Positions 39,995 through 50,164 are shown, counted from the first letter of the stretch. The stretch is DNA of 64,000 bases from Thermogladius sp. (GCA_022759365.1 JAEMPJ010000007.1:9372-73371), one strand, 5' to 3'. Made by a program: numbers and translations. Notes: generated from the letters alone by a model not told the origin.

Positions 39995-40501
39995 TTGATG
40001 AACGCTCTTGTAAAAGTGGATAAAGGCTCGTGCACAGGCCTGGTTGAAGATGGGGGTGCGAGAGAGTTCGAGGAAAAATGGTTTGGCGAGAAGAGCGGTG
40101 ACAAGCTATTCTTAAACATCATAGAGATCTCCTACCTGCTTCTAACAGGTAGGATCATAGTTGAAACAGACGGTAGAATTATCTCCACACTCGAGGACTT
40201 CATGAAATCGTCGCTCGAATGCTTCAAGGAATACTCGTGGTCCAACCTAGTAGTCTACAAGGATCTAAGAGATAGGGGTAGGAAAGTGAGGGTTCTCGGG
40301 AAGAACGTGTTCATGATGAAGGATAAACACGGTGATATAAGGCTCGTGCTAATCCTAGAGGAGAAGAGCCCGCTTGGAGTTAAAGACATCATCGAATTCG
40401 CCGAGAAGTCTATGAGGAACAACATAACCCCTATAGTAGCCATTGTAAGCCTCCAGGGCGAGATAACATACTACGAGCTAGCCAGGATCGAGCCTTCATA
40501 A
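39995..40501 (+). CDS. endA: tRNA-splicing endonuclease family protein, probably the non-catalytic (structural) subunit
   Basis: LNIIEISYLLLTGRIIV N-domain and VVYKDLRDRGRKV...IVAIVSLQGEITYYEL C-domain are collinear with archaeal EndA. The positions of the catalytic Tyr and Lys appear substituted. Confidence 0.55.
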   Translation: MMNALVKVDKGSCTGLVEDGGAREFEEKWFGEKSGDKLFLNIIEISYLLLTGRIIVETDGRIISTLEDFMKSSLECFKEYSWSNLVVYKDLRDRGRKVRVLGKNVFMMKDKHGDIRLVLILEEKSPLGVKDIIEFAEKSMRNNITPIVAIVSLQGEITYYELARIEPS

Positions 40502-40598
40502 CCCTTCCACCGAGGAAAGATCGGAGCGTCTACGATCCATTTCCGTTAATAACCTTCTCAACAACTAGTTTAATCAACATGTGTGTTAAGGGGTACGT

Positions 40599-41906
40599 AT
40601 GTCGCTGGACATTCTAAACCCGCCGAGAGGTATGAGGGATATAACCGGCGAGGAGGCTAGACTCTACTTCCACCTGTTTACGGTTTTCTCAGAGACAGCT
40701 TCGAAGAACGGCTTCGAGCCGATTATAACCCCCACTGTGGAGTACTACAAGTTGTTCGAGGCCAAAAGCGGCGAGGAAATCAAGAGGAGCATGTATGTAT
40801 TCGAGGATAAGGGAGGGAGGCTTCTAGCGTTAAGGCCCGAGGTTACTGCGAGTGTTATCAGGACTTATCTGAGAGAGATGAGGGGGAGGCCTAAGCCCAT
40901 CAGGTTATACTACATATCCCAGTGCTTTAGATACGAGGAGCCGCAGAAGGCGAGGTACAGGGAGTTCTGGCAGGGGGGTCTGGAGGTTATTGGAGATGAA
41001 ACCGTCAACGGCGATGTCTCGGCGGCCTACACTGCATCCGTCTTCCTCGACAACATAGGCGTCGAGCACACGTATATGGTGGGCAACGTTGCTATATACA
41101 GGGCTTTCATGAACATGCTCAAAATACCGCCTGAAGAACAAGACCACATACTCCACTTGATAGACAAAGAGATGGACGAGCAGCTGATGAAAGAGCTTCA
41201 AGACAAGTACGGGGAGAAGGCTAAGGAGATAATTCTCAAACTCATGAGGAGCAAGTTGGAGGAGGTTGTATCACTAGTAGAGGAGTTTAAGCAAGAGCTA
41301 GGAGGCGATCTAGATAGAGCGATGAACGAGACGAGGAGGCTAGAGGATTTTTCTAAGACGCTGACAGACCTAGGCTACAGAGTCGAGTTTAATCCTAGAC
41401 TCGTCAGAGGCCTAGCCTATTACACTGGTTTGATATGGGAGTACAAAGTAGCCCGGGGGCTGGAGGTGAGTATTGGGGGCGGCGGTAGATACGATGGTTT
41501 GACAAGCGTGTACAGCCACATCCACGAGTACTCGACGGGGCTGGCGCTAGGCTTAGATAGAATAGCCCTTGTATTATGGGATAAGAGGGATACCCTCCTG
41601 GCAAAGAAGGGCTACACCGGCGTAATACTGATTTTATCCGAGAAAATCCCCTTGAGCTTAGGCTACGCCCTGGCTAGGAGGTTGAGGAGTAGGTTTACCT
41701 CTATTTCAGTTCTCCTAGTAAAAAACATTGAGAAAGCTCTTAGACACGCTGACAGGAGCGGCGTCGATATAGCTGTGATAATAGGGGAGAGAGAGTTTAA
41801 AGAAGGGGTTGTCTCCGTGAGAGACCTGGTCAAGAAGGTGCAGGAGACAGTACCTCTATCGGGTGTGGAAGACTACTTTGACAGATATCTATCCCGGAAT
41901 CGTTGA
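40599..41906 (+). CDS. hisS: Histidyl-tRNA synthetase
   Basis: PRGMRD, LRPEVTA, CFRYEEPQKARYREFWQ, and GGGGRYDGL class II motif 3. Confidence 0.92.
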   Translation: MSLDILNPPRGMRDITGEEARLYFHLFTVFSETASKNGFEPIITPTVEYYKLFEAKSGEEIKRSMYVFEDKGGRLLALRPEVTASVIRTYLREMRGRPKPIRLYYISQCFRYEEPQKARYREFWQGGLEVIGDETVNGDVSAAYTASVFLDNIGVEHTYMVGNVAIYRAFMNMLKIPPEEQDHILHLIDKEMDEQLMKELQDKYGEKAKEIILKLMRSKLEEVVSLVEEFKQELGGDLDRAMNETRRLEDFSKTLTDLGYRVEFNPRLVRGLAYYTGLIWEYKVARGLEVSIGGGGRYDGLTSVYSHIHEYSTGLALGLDRIALVLWDKRDTLLAKKGYTGVILILSEKIPLSLGYALARRLRSRFTSISVLLVKNIEKALRHADRSGVDIAVIIGEREFKEGVVSVRDLVKKVQETVPLSGVEDYFDRYLSRNR

Positions 41907-41969
41907 ATCTAGCTTTATTAGGTTCTATACATGAAATTCTAAAAGGCAGGCCTCAACCGGTGTTTCTCT

Positions 41970-43418
41970 ATGCCTAAGGTTCAAATTGAGAAGATAAGCA
42001 ACTACGAGTGGAGGATACCGAAGTCCTATAAACAATGCATGAGGACAGACTCTATAGTTTTCGCCGACGAATTCCTGCTTGAGAAGATGAGTGAGGATCT
42101 AACTCTAGAGCAGGCCGCCAACGTAGCCTGCCTGCCAGGCATAGTAGGCTATGCTTATGTGATGCCTGATGGGCACCAAGGATACGGTTTCCCGATAGGC
42201 GGGGTAGCAGGGTTTGACGTTGAGGAGGGCGTTATCAGCCCGGGCGGGATAGGCTATGATATAAACTGCGGTGTGAGAGTTCTCAGGACGAACTTGGATG
42301 AGGAGGATGTGAGAGGGAAGCTCAAAGAGCTAGTGGACTCTTTGTTCAGGAATATACCGAGCGGCGTCGGCTCCACTGGGAAGATCAAGGTGAGTGTGAA
42401 GGAACTCGATGAAGTATTAGATAGAGGTGTTGAATGGGCTATCGAGAAGGGGTTTGGATGGAAGGAGGACATGGAGTATATTGAGGAGCATGGTAGCTGG
42501 AGGGAGGCTGATTCAAGTAAGGTCAGTAATGTTGCGAAGCAGAGGGGGCACGAGCAGCTGGGTACGCTTGGAGCTGGAAACCACTTCCTGGAGATACAGG
42601 TCGTCGACCAGATCTACAACCCCGATATCGCTAAAGTATTAGGGTTCGACCACGTGGGTCAAGTAGCAGTCATGATCCATACTGGGAGCAGGGGTTTAGG
42701 GCACCAGGTTGCAAGCGACTACCTTATAGTCATGGAGAGAGCGATGAGGAAGTATGGGATATCGGTGCCTGACAGGGAGCTGGCTGCTGTCCCACTAAAG
42801 AGCAAGGAGGGGGACGACTACTTCCACGCAATGGCGGCCGCAGCCAACTTCGCGTGGACTAACAGGCAGTTGATCACTCATTGGACGAGGGAGAGCTTTA
42901 AGGAGGTCTTCAAGAAGGATCCCGAGGAGCTAGGGCTTGAGATAGTCTACGATGTAGCCCACAACATCGCGAAAATCGAGGAGCATGTGATCGAGAACAA
43001 GAGGTATAAGGTTATAGTCCACAGGAAAGGGGCTACGAGGGCTTTCCCGCCAGGCCACCCAGCTATACCGGCCAAGTACAGGGATATAGGACAACCCGTC
43101 CTAATACCCGGTAGCATGGGTACAGCAAGCTACATACTGGTCGGCGTCCCCGAAGGGTATAGGACATGGTATAGTGCGCCGCACGGCGCGGGTAGGTGGC
43201 TGAGTAGAGGTGAGGCTATCAGGTCGTATAGCCCGGACAAAGTCATAAGCGAGCTGGCGAAGAAGGGTATTGCCGTGAAAGCCGCTACCAGGCGTGTCGT
43301 AAGCGAGGAGGCCCCCGAAGCATACAAGGATGTAGACAGGGTTGTCCTCGTAGCACAGAAGGTTGGGATAGCGAACCCGGTGATCAGGCTTAGACCCATC
43401 GGGGTCGTCAAGGGCTAG
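41970..43418 (+). CDS. rtcB: RNA-splicing ligase RtcB
   Basis: PDGHQGYGFPIGGV, GGIGYDINCGVR, GAGNHFLE, HTGSRGLGHQ and HGAGR motifs. Confidence 0.95.
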   Translation: MPKVQIEKISNYEWRIPKSYKQCMRTDSIVFADEFLLEKMSEDLTLEQAANVACLPGIVGYAYVMPDGHQGYGFPIGGVAGFDVEEGVISPGGIGYDINCGVRVLRTNLDEEDVRGKLKELVDSLFRNIPSGVGSTGKIKVSVKELDEVLDRGVEWAIEKGFGWKEDMEYIEEHGSWREADSSKVSNVAKQRGHEQLGTLGAGNHFLEIQVVDQIYNPDIAKVLGFDHVGQVAVMIHTGSRGLGHQVASDYLIVMERAMRKYGISVPDRELAAVPLKSKEGDDYFHAMAAAANFAWTNRQLITHWTRESFKEVFKKDPEELGLEIVYDVAHNIAKIEEHVIENKRYKVIVHRKGATRAFPPGHPAIPAKYRDIGQPVLIPGSMGTASYILVGVPEGYRTWYSAPHGAGRWLSRGEAIRSYSPDKVISELAKKGIAVKAATRRVVSEEAPEAYKDVDRVVLVAQKVGIANPVIRLRPIGVVKG

Positions 43419-44670
43419 GGAAGAGTATTATCGCTGATAAAGCCCCGATGCATATCAAACTTGTTTTCCAGCTTCTGAACAACCCTACCCCGGATATGTT
43501 GGCTGCGAGAAGATATGTGTTGAAGAACGCCGTGTAAGCTATAGCCTTAGCTTCCTGAATGCTCATCGCATACCCAGCCACAGCGGTCATCGGGTGAACC
43601 AGAAGGTAGGTTATAAACACGGTTGCAGGGAAGATAAACGAGTAGACCATGTAGGTGAGACCCTTCTTCCTCAACCCGACACGGGCCCCCGATACGAGTT
43701 CAACGAACTTTAGAACGTGGGATGACACCTTCTCGTGGTGGGAAGTGTATTTTAGAGGTGTGGTTAAATTGCGTAAAACCATGCGGGCTAGTGCGGGGAA
43801 CGCGTTGAGCAGGGAGCAGGGCTCGTGCCCTAGTAGCAGGGTCTTCTTGAAGAGCTTGAGGCTCTTGTCCTCGAATTCAACGTAGTGCAAGACCTGATCT
43901 AGGGTCACGCCATGTCTTGTCATAGAGAAAGCTTCCTCGAGGAAGCCGAGCACGTCTCTCTCGACTTCGACGAGCCTCCTAACCCTCGGCGTCAGCAAGA
44001 TCACGGTTGCAAGGACGAGTGTGAAGTGTAGTAGGAGTCCACCCTTGACGAGGATTACTACCAGCGTTGAACCCATCAAGGCTGCCGAAGCGAAGTGCTC
44101 CAGCCTAGATAGGGTTAAGGCGTTATCCGATATCTTCAACACGATGAGGTATGATAAGATTGCCACCATTACGACAGCCGTCGACAGAAACATGGTGCTC
44201 ACCCCTGGTAGTGGGACTACTGTGAGAGCTATCAGGCCGAAGACAGCTAGCATCAACCCCTCGTAGACCCCCTCCACTAGTTTAAGCATGTTCTCGAGCT
44301 TCATCCTAAGAGATAGGGAGGTTTTCTCGAGGTAGGACTCGACGAACCTCGCTGTCTCCCCGCTCGTTGTAGCCACCTCGCTATAACCCCTCAGGAAATC
44401 CGCGAGCCATGCCGAGCCGGTTGAGTCCGCCAGCTTCCTTAAAGCAGTGTAATCGTCTAGGGCAGTCCTCTCCAACGCCTTGTACTTTAAGGCGAGGGCC
44501 CTGATGTAGTCGCCTGCCTCAACCCTCCCCTCAGCAACCTCCTCCAGCAACCTGGGTAGTCTAAGCCCCCCGGTCTCGAACGCTAGTAGTAGTGTGAGGA
44601 AGTCCATTAGCTCTATCTCCGAGATACTTCTACCCGGCTTAGACAACGATTTTTTGGCCAGCCTCGGCAT
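43408..44670 (-). CDS. Type IV pilus/archaellum assembly platform membrane protein (FlaJ/TadC-like)
   Basis: Two repeats of a cytoplasmic helical domain plus TM bundles. Immediately downstream of the FlaI-like ATPase. Confidence 0.65.
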   Translation of the reverse strand: MPRLAKKSLSKPGRSISEIELMDFLTLLLAFETGGLRLPRLLEEVAEGRVEAGDYIRALALKYKALERTALDDYTALRKLADSTGSAWLADFLRGYSEVATTSGETARFVESYLEKTSLSLRMKLENMLKLVEGVYEGLMLAVFGLIALTVVPLPGVSTMFLSTAVVMVAILSYLIVLKISDNALTLSRLEHFASAALMGSTLVVILVKGGLLLHFTLVLATVILLTPRVRRLVEVERDVLGFLEEAFSMTRHGVTLDQVLHYVEFEDKSLKLFKKTLLLGHEPCSLLNAFPALARMVLRNLTTPLKYTSHHEKVSSHVLKFVELVSGARVGLRKKGLTYMVYSFIFPATVFITYLLVHPMTAVAGYAMSIQEAKAIAYTAFFNTYLLAANISGVGLFRSWKTSLICIGALSAIILFPSP

Positions 44671-44674
44671 AACC

Positions 44675-46153
44675 CTAACTACCAGTAGGTAGCGCCCTGT
44701 TCTTGTAGAACCCGTTTATTTCCCTCATCAGATCCTTCTCGTCGAAGACGCCTCTTGCCACAAGTCTCTCAAGGAAGATGCTCCTCTCAGCTAGCTCTCT
44801 TTCAAGAGTCCTCGCCCCTAGTTTACTGGTGAGCCTAGCCGACCTTGAAGCAAGCTCGTCTATTTCCACTGGCTTGAAGACCCCGTTCTCGAAAAACGCG
44901 ACGTCGACTAGATCAACTTCCTCCGTCACCTCTGAGACCCTTACAACTTTTCTCCCATAGCTCGTCTGCCCCACTATGACAATAGACCATATATTCCCGA
45001 GCAGGTTTCTAGGTATTGATATAGGGTAGGCTGTAAGCCTCTTCAAAACCGAGTCCGGGCTGTCTCCGTGTATTGTGTTCAAAACCCCGTGGCCTAGGCG
45101 TGAGGCTTGAACCAGCACTCTTGCCTCAACGCCCCTGACCTCGCCGACCACGATGTAGTCGGGCCTCCTCCTCAGGCTTACTCTTAGAAGGTGGTACATG
45201 TCTATGCTCTGCCCCGAGTCGAGTGAGAGGATGCTCTCGACGAGAGGATCCCACTGATCGCTCGGTAGATATAATTCAGGCGTGTCCTCTATCGTGATCA
45301 CCCTCTTATTGAAAGGCACCAGGTTTAAGAGCCCTTGTAGGAGAGTAGTCTTCCCCGCTCCAACACCCCCCGCGATTATAATCCAGCCCTTCAACTCGAG
45401 GACGAGCCACAGGTATGCTGTGATCAGGCTGTTCAGTACACCGCTGTTTATAAGCTGGGTTATGGTCCACGGCTTCTCCGGCTTCTTCCGCACGACAATA
45501 CTACTACCCTTCCTGGAGACATTGTTGCCGAAGATGAGGCTGACCCTATACCCCTCTCTCGTCAAACCCTCGGCAATAGGCGACGCGATGCTCACGTGTT
45601 TCCTAATCTTCCTCGAGAAGCTGAGGACAAGCCTATCCACAAGGTTCTCTCCAACCATCATGTTTGTCTTAATCCAGCCCAGCTGGCTGAAAGCCCTGTG
45701 GATGACCCAAACCCTCTTGTCAGAGGAGTTTAGGGATATCTCCTCAACCAGCGGGTCTAGTAGAATAGGGTATAGGGGGCCGTAGCCAGTTGTGATCTTC
45801 ATGTAGTGGTAGTAGAGCCTCGGAGCAAGCCCGTTGGAGCCTCCACCACCTATCATGGATGAAATGCACTCGAGGCTCTCGCACTCAACCCCCATCCCTA
45901 GTATACGGCCGAGAACCTCCGCCTCCCCGGGGGCTAGGCCCGGCTCTTCGACTACATAGTATAGGCCGTCCTCGCCTTCGACGATCCTCACTTTAACTAT
46001 CCCGCCGACCAGGTACTCCTCTAGAACCCTGCTCGCCTTGATTTCCTGGAGGAAAGTGTTTTCCTGGTAATCGTGTACAAGCCTCGTGAAGAAGTCTTCA
46101 TGCCTAGGGTTTGAGGAAGAAAAAATCTTCTTCAAGCTTAAGGCTTTGAGCAT
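44675..46153 (-). CDS. Type II/IV secretion family ATPase (FlaI/PilB/VirB11-like)
   Basis: Walker A IIAGGVGAGKTTLL, Walker B DYIVVGEVRG, and His box NTIHGDS. Confidence 0.85.
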   Translation of the reverse strand: MLKALSLKKIFSSSNPRHEDFFTRLVHDYQENTFLQEIKASRVLEEYLVGGIVKVRIVEGEDGLYYVVEEPGLAPGEAEVLGRILGMGVECESLECISSMIGGGGSNGLAPRLYYHYMKITTGYGPLYPILLDPLVEEISLNSSDKRVWVIHRAFSQLGWIKTNMMVGENLVDRLVLSFSRKIRKHVSIASPIAEGLTREGYRVSLIFGNNVSRKGSSIVVRKKPEKPWTITQLINSGVLNSLITAYLWLVLELKGWIIIAGGVGAGKTTLLQGLLNLVPFNKRVITIEDTPELYLPSDQWDPLVESILSLDSGQSIDMYHLLRVSLRRRPDYIVVGEVRGVEARVLVQASRLGHGVLNTIHGDSPDSVLKRLTAYPISIPRNLLGNIWSIVIVGQTSYGRKVVRVSEVTEEVDLVDVAFFENGVFKPVEIDELASRSARLTSKLGARTLERELAERSIFLERLVARGVFDEKDLMREINGFYKNRALPTGS

Positions 46154-46162
46154 TTAAAACAC

Positions 46163-46591
46163 CTACTGGTAGACAGGGGTCTTAACCAAGTCTGTTACGC
46201 CGCTTCCACTACTCGAAGTATAGCTTGCTGACACGTAGACTACTGTTGAACCCACTATAGCGCTGGTGATAGTGCTGTTAATGTTAATGTTGATCGTGGT
46301 GGTAGTGCCTGCGGGCACCTGAGCATTCACCCCGCTTATAGTGTAGCTACCGCTACTAGTGTAGACTGTGACGCTTGTGATGTTCACCGGGATATTGCCG
46401 AGGTTGCTTACCTCAAGCGATAGAGTGGACGTGCTGCCTGTGACGATTATTTTAGCCGAGACTATTTTCAAGTTAGCGTATTGCTGGGGTAGCGAGAGGT
46501 AGTTCATGACATAGTTGTATATCAACATTCCACCGGCGACAGTTATCATTAAGAGTATCGCGGCCGCCACCAGGCCGTCTATCCCCTTCAA
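46163..46591 (-). CDS. Archaeal type IV pilin with class III signal peptide (TTG start)
   Basis: MKG|IDGLVAAAILLMITVAGGMLIY: a short charged leader, Gly, then a hydrophobic helix. The rest is Thr/Ser-rich beta sequence with N-x-S/T sites. Confidence 0.7.
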   Translation of the reverse strand: MKGIDGLVAAAILLMITVAGGMLIYNYVMNYLSLPQQYANLKIVSAKIIVTGSTSTLSLEVSNLGNIPVNITSVTVYTSSGSYTISGVNAQVPAGTTTTINININSTITSAIVGSTVVYVSASYTSSSGSGVTDLVKTPVYQ

Positions 46592-46744
46592 CCTGTACCA
46601 CCCGGGTAGAAGAGTTGGCTTTAAACGAGTTGTTTAAGATATGTTAAAATAGCCGGGTTACCCGGGGTTCAGTGAAAGTATCCCTTGTAGTCCACTAGTT
46701 TAAAGGTCTCTAACAATGCATTAACGGAAAGGAAGTAAGGTGGA

Positions 46745-48340
46745 GTGGTTTTGTCGAGCGAGACCGCGGAGAAGTATAAGGCGATCAGCCCCGCGGAGTT
46801 CTTCTACAAGTACAAGGAGATCGCGGGCTTCGCCAACCCTGCTAGAGCCCTCTACCAGACTGTGAGAGAGCTTGTTGAAAACGCCTTGGACGCAACAGAC
46901 TCCCACGGGATACTACCCGATATAAAGATAGTGATCCAGAGGGCAGACCCTGTCCAAGAGTTCTATAGAGTGACTGTTGAAGACAACGGTATTGGCATAC
47001 CGCCCGACATAGTGCCCAATGCTTTTGGGAGAGTCCTCTTCAGCTCTAAATACGTCCTGAAGCAGACCCGGGGCATGTACGGCCTTGGCGTTAAAATGGC
47101 TGTGCTCTACGGGCAGATGACCACGGGAAGGCCCATCGAGGTTATAACGAGTAAAAGAGAGTACAGGAGGATATACTTCTTCAAGATCAGGATAGACATA
47201 AACAAAAACGAGCCCATCGTACTTGAGAGAGGTAGCTGGAGGAAGCAGAGGGACTGGCATGGAACTATAGTATCCTTGACGATTGAGGGGGACTGGGGTA
47301 AGGCTAAGGCGAGGATAAAAGAATATGTTAATAGGACAGCCATAGTCACGCCCTATGCTAACATAGTAATGTACACGCCCGACAACGAGGTGGTATTCTA
47401 CAAGAGGGTGATAGACGTCATGCCCCGCCCCCCACGCGAGGTCAAGCCCCACCCCTACGGCGTGGACTTAGAGATGTTGAAGATGATCATGGAGTCGAGT
47501 AAACAGCCCACGATACTTGAAGCCCTTGTCGAAAACTTCCAGAGTGTCGGGGAGGTGACGGCTAGAGACCTGCTGACACGGGCTGGAATAGACCCCTCGA
47601 TTAGCCCGAGCAGCTTGAAGGAGGACGACCTGCTTAAGTTGGTGAACGTCATGAAAACCTACAGCCAGTACAAGCCCCCGTCGAGCTCGGCTATCTCACC
47701 CCTAGGCACCGAGGTCATTAAAGCCGGTTTAAACAGGATGTTCGAGCCCGAGTTCGTTGAAGCAGTGACTAGGAGGCCCTCAACATATGAAGGACACCCA
47801 TTCATCGTCGAGGCCGGCATAGCTTACGGCGGTAAAGTACCGTTAAGCGAGCCGGATAAACCAACCACTCTGAGGTACGCTAATAAAATACCGTTGTTGT
47901 ACGATGAGGGAAGCGATGTTATAACAAGCGTGGTCAAAGAAGATATCGCGTGGGAGAACTACCTGGTCTCCTTCCCGGCCCCAATAGTACTGCTAGTGCA
48001 CGTATGTAGCACTAAGGTGCCGTTCAAAGGAGTGGGTAAGGAGAGCATCGCTGATGTCCCTGAGGTTAGGAGGGAGATAAAGCTCGCGATCTCAGAAGTG
48101 GCCAGGAGGCTCCGAGGGTATTTGACGGCTAAGCAGAAGGAGTTTGAGGCTCAACGGAAGGTCGTCCACTTAGCTAAATACATACCAGAGATAGCTAGGT
48201 CGATTGAAGTAATCTTCTCGGGAGACGGCCTCGATAGGGAGATCCTGGTGAAGAAGATAGTTGAAATAATATCCGCTAAAACAGGTATACCTGAGAGTAA
48301 GATCAACGAGGTATTAAAGAATGTTGAGATAGGGGCTTAG
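46745..48340 (+). CDS. top6B: DNA topoisomerase VI subunit B
   Basis: GHKL/Bergerat fold ELVENALDA, DNGIGI and RGMYGLGVK. Confidence 0.93.
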   Translation: MVLSSETAEKYKAISPAEFFYKYKEIAGFANPARALYQTVRELVENALDATDSHGILPDIKIVIQRADPVQEFYRVTVEDNGIGIPPDIVPNAFGRVLFSSKYVLKQTRGMYGLGVKMAVLYGQMTTGRPIEVITSKREYRRIYFFKIRIDINKNEPIVLERGSWRKQRDWHGTIVSLTIEGDWGKAKARIKEYVNRTAIVTPYANIVMYTPDNEVVFYKRVIDVMPRPPREVKPHPYGVDLEMLKMIMESSKQPTILEALVENFQSVGEVTARDLLTRAGIDPSISPSSLKEDDLLKLVNVMKTYSQYKPPSSSAISPLGTEVIKAGLNRMFEPEFVEAVTRRPSTYEGHPFIVEAGIAYGGKVPLSEPDKPTTLRYANKIPLLYDEGSDVITSVVKEDIAWENYLVSFPAPIVLLVHVCSTKVPFKGVGKESIADVPEVRREIKLAISEVARRLRGYLTAKQKEFEAQRKVVHLAKYIPEIARSIEVIFSGDGLDREILVKKIVEIISAKTGIPESKINEVLKNVEIGA

Positions 48341-48350
48341 AGGGTTCTAC

Positions 48351-49646
48351 ATGTCTAGTGTGGACGTTAAAGCTAGAAAAAACGCGATGCGCGTGCTAAA
48401 GGAGAGGTTTAAAACCATAATCGAGCAGATACAGAGAGGTGAAAAGCCTACCCTCATCATGCCGAAGAGAGTGTTGTCGAACACCATATACGACGAGAAG
48501 AGTAAAATGCTCCTTCTAGGACCCGATGTCCTGAAGAGATCGTTTATTGATGTCAACGAGGCTAGGAAGTTCATGCAGACCCTCCTGATGGCGTCGATAA
48601 TATATGAGGCTCTAGTCAACAACGAGTACCCTACTATCCGTGACCTCTTCTACAGGGGTAAACACAGCATAAGCTACAGGGATGTCGACGGGAAGTTAAT
48701 TCACGAGAACACGTGGGACGAGCAGAAGGAGTCTGATAGCGTGATAAGAGACCTAGAGGTCTTCATGAACGTCCTTAGAGAGGAAATGCTTATTCTCAGC
48801 AAGGAGAAGGGCAAGGTTGTCGGCAACCTGGTCATCAAGAGCGGGGATGATGTAATAGACTTGAGTAAAATGGGCCATGGAGCATACTCGATAGAGCCGA
48901 CACCAGACCTCCTCGAGTTCAGAGATGTGGACGCTGAATATGTTCTCGTCGTGGAGAAAGACGCTGTGTTCCAGCAATTACATAGGTACGGGTTCTGGCG
49001 TAAGTACAAGGCGATACTAGTCACCAGCGCCGGCCAGCCTGACAGGGCTACTAGGAGGTTTGTGAGGAGGCTTAACGAGGAGCTGAAGCTACCGGTCTAC
49101 GTGCTGACGGACAGCGACCCCTACGGGTTCTATATCTACAGCGTGTTTAAGATAGGCTCCATAACCCTGTCGTATGAGAGCGAGAGGCTTGCAACCCCTA
49201 ACGCGAGGTTTATAGGAGTATCCATGACGGATGTCTTCGGCGACGGGGTTTTCCAGAAGATCCTAAACAATGTTAGGGAGCTAGGTGGTTTCACCAAGAG
49301 CGCGTTAGGCAGGCTGAAGAAGAAGAAACCATACCTATCCGAGAGCGAGAGGAAGAACTATGTCATAAAAGCGAAGCAACGCGACATAGAGCGGGCTGTA
49401 GAGCTAGTTGGATACGATGTAGCGGAGAAGTGCATCGAGTCCTCTGAGGTGAGGAGTAAGCTTAAGAAGAAAGAGGGTTTAACAGGCTACCCGTGGTTTA
49501 GGACGCCGGAGTGGATTAGAGAGCTATGCATCTTCTTCAACACGCTGAACAAGCTCGAGATAGAGGCCATGGCTAGCAAGGGGCTTAAGTTCCTAGCTGA
49601 CACTTATATACCTGAGAAAATCGAGGGCAACGACTGGATAGACTAG
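48351..49646 (+). CDS. top6A: DNA topoisomerase VI subunit A (Spo11 family)
   Basis: IRDLFYRG (catalytic Tyr region), VLVVEKDAVF, and Toprim TDSDPYGFYI. Confidence 0.93.
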   Translation: MSSVDVKARKNAMRVLKERFKTIIEQIQRGEKPTLIMPKRVLSNTIYDEKSKMLLLGPDVLKRSFIDVNEARKFMQTLLMASIIYEALVNNEYPTIRDLFYRGKHSISYRDVDGKLIHENTWDEQKESDSVIRDLEVFMNVLREEMLILSKEKGKVVGNLVIKSGDDVIDLSKMGHGAYSIEPTPDLLEFRDVDAEYVLVVEKDAVFQQLHRYGFWRKYKAILVTSAGQPDRATRRFVRRLNEELKLPVYVLTDSDPYGFYIYSVFKIGSITLSYESERLATPNARFIGVSMTDVFGDGVFQKILNNVRELGGFTKSALGRLKKKKPYLSESERKNYVIKAKQRDIERAVELVGYDVAEKCIESSEVRSKLKKKEGLTGYPWFRTPEWIRELCIFFNTLNKLEIEAMASKGLKFLADTYIPEKIEGNDWID

Positions 49647-49693
49647 CTTGGGAAGCGGTTTATGCTCGATGAAAACCGTGGGGCGTGACTGGC

Positions 49694-50164
49694 TCACCCA
49701 CCTGGCGTACCGTGCCAGGGGCTGTCTCTCCAGACAGCATCCCAGAGGGCTTCCTCGCTGAACTTCTCCTTAACAGCTATCTTCTCGTGCACGTCGACTA
49801 GTAGCGCGTGATGTCTCCTCTCATCGTCTAGTATAGCGGCTAGTATGAGCTTCGAATAGGGCTCCTTAGCGTCGTCGAGCAGGCGCTTCGCCTCCTCAAT
49901 CATCTTCGCCTCGGTTTCTATGTGCTTGATTATCCCCCTCCTAATGTACTCGGCCTCCTCCTCTGTCAGGAAGGGTAGACCTCCTCTAGCTATCTCAGCT
50001 AGGGCCTTATACATTAACGAGTGCTTGAGGGAGTCCTGGGCGATACCCTCTATTAAGGCTTTTAGAAGCGGGTGCCTGAACTTGCTTGTTATACTCTTCA
50101 ACTCTTCATAATACTCCTTCTCGAGCTTAGAATACTCCTCGAAGAATTTAACAAGGTCTTCCAA
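49694..50164 (-). CDS. Ferritin-like/rubrerythrin-like four-helix protein (tentative)
   Basis: Paired acidic/His motifs (AQDSLKH, DDERRHH) in helical context. Confidence 0.3.
   Translation of the reverse strand: MEDLVKFFEEYSKLEKEYYEELKSITSKFRHPLLKALIEGIAQDSLKHSLMYKALAEIARGGLPFLTEEEAEYIRRGIIKHIETEAKMIEEAKRLLDDAKEPYSKLILAAILDDERRHHALLVDVHEKIAVKEKFSEEALWDAVWRDSPWHGTPGG

Noticed and set aside
39943-40122. N-terminal 60-residue extension of MtnA
   Set aside because: It is a low-complexity Ser/Pro/Leu sequence that overlaps the endA-like gene start. The internal Met (MHSYSY...) gives the family-typical length.
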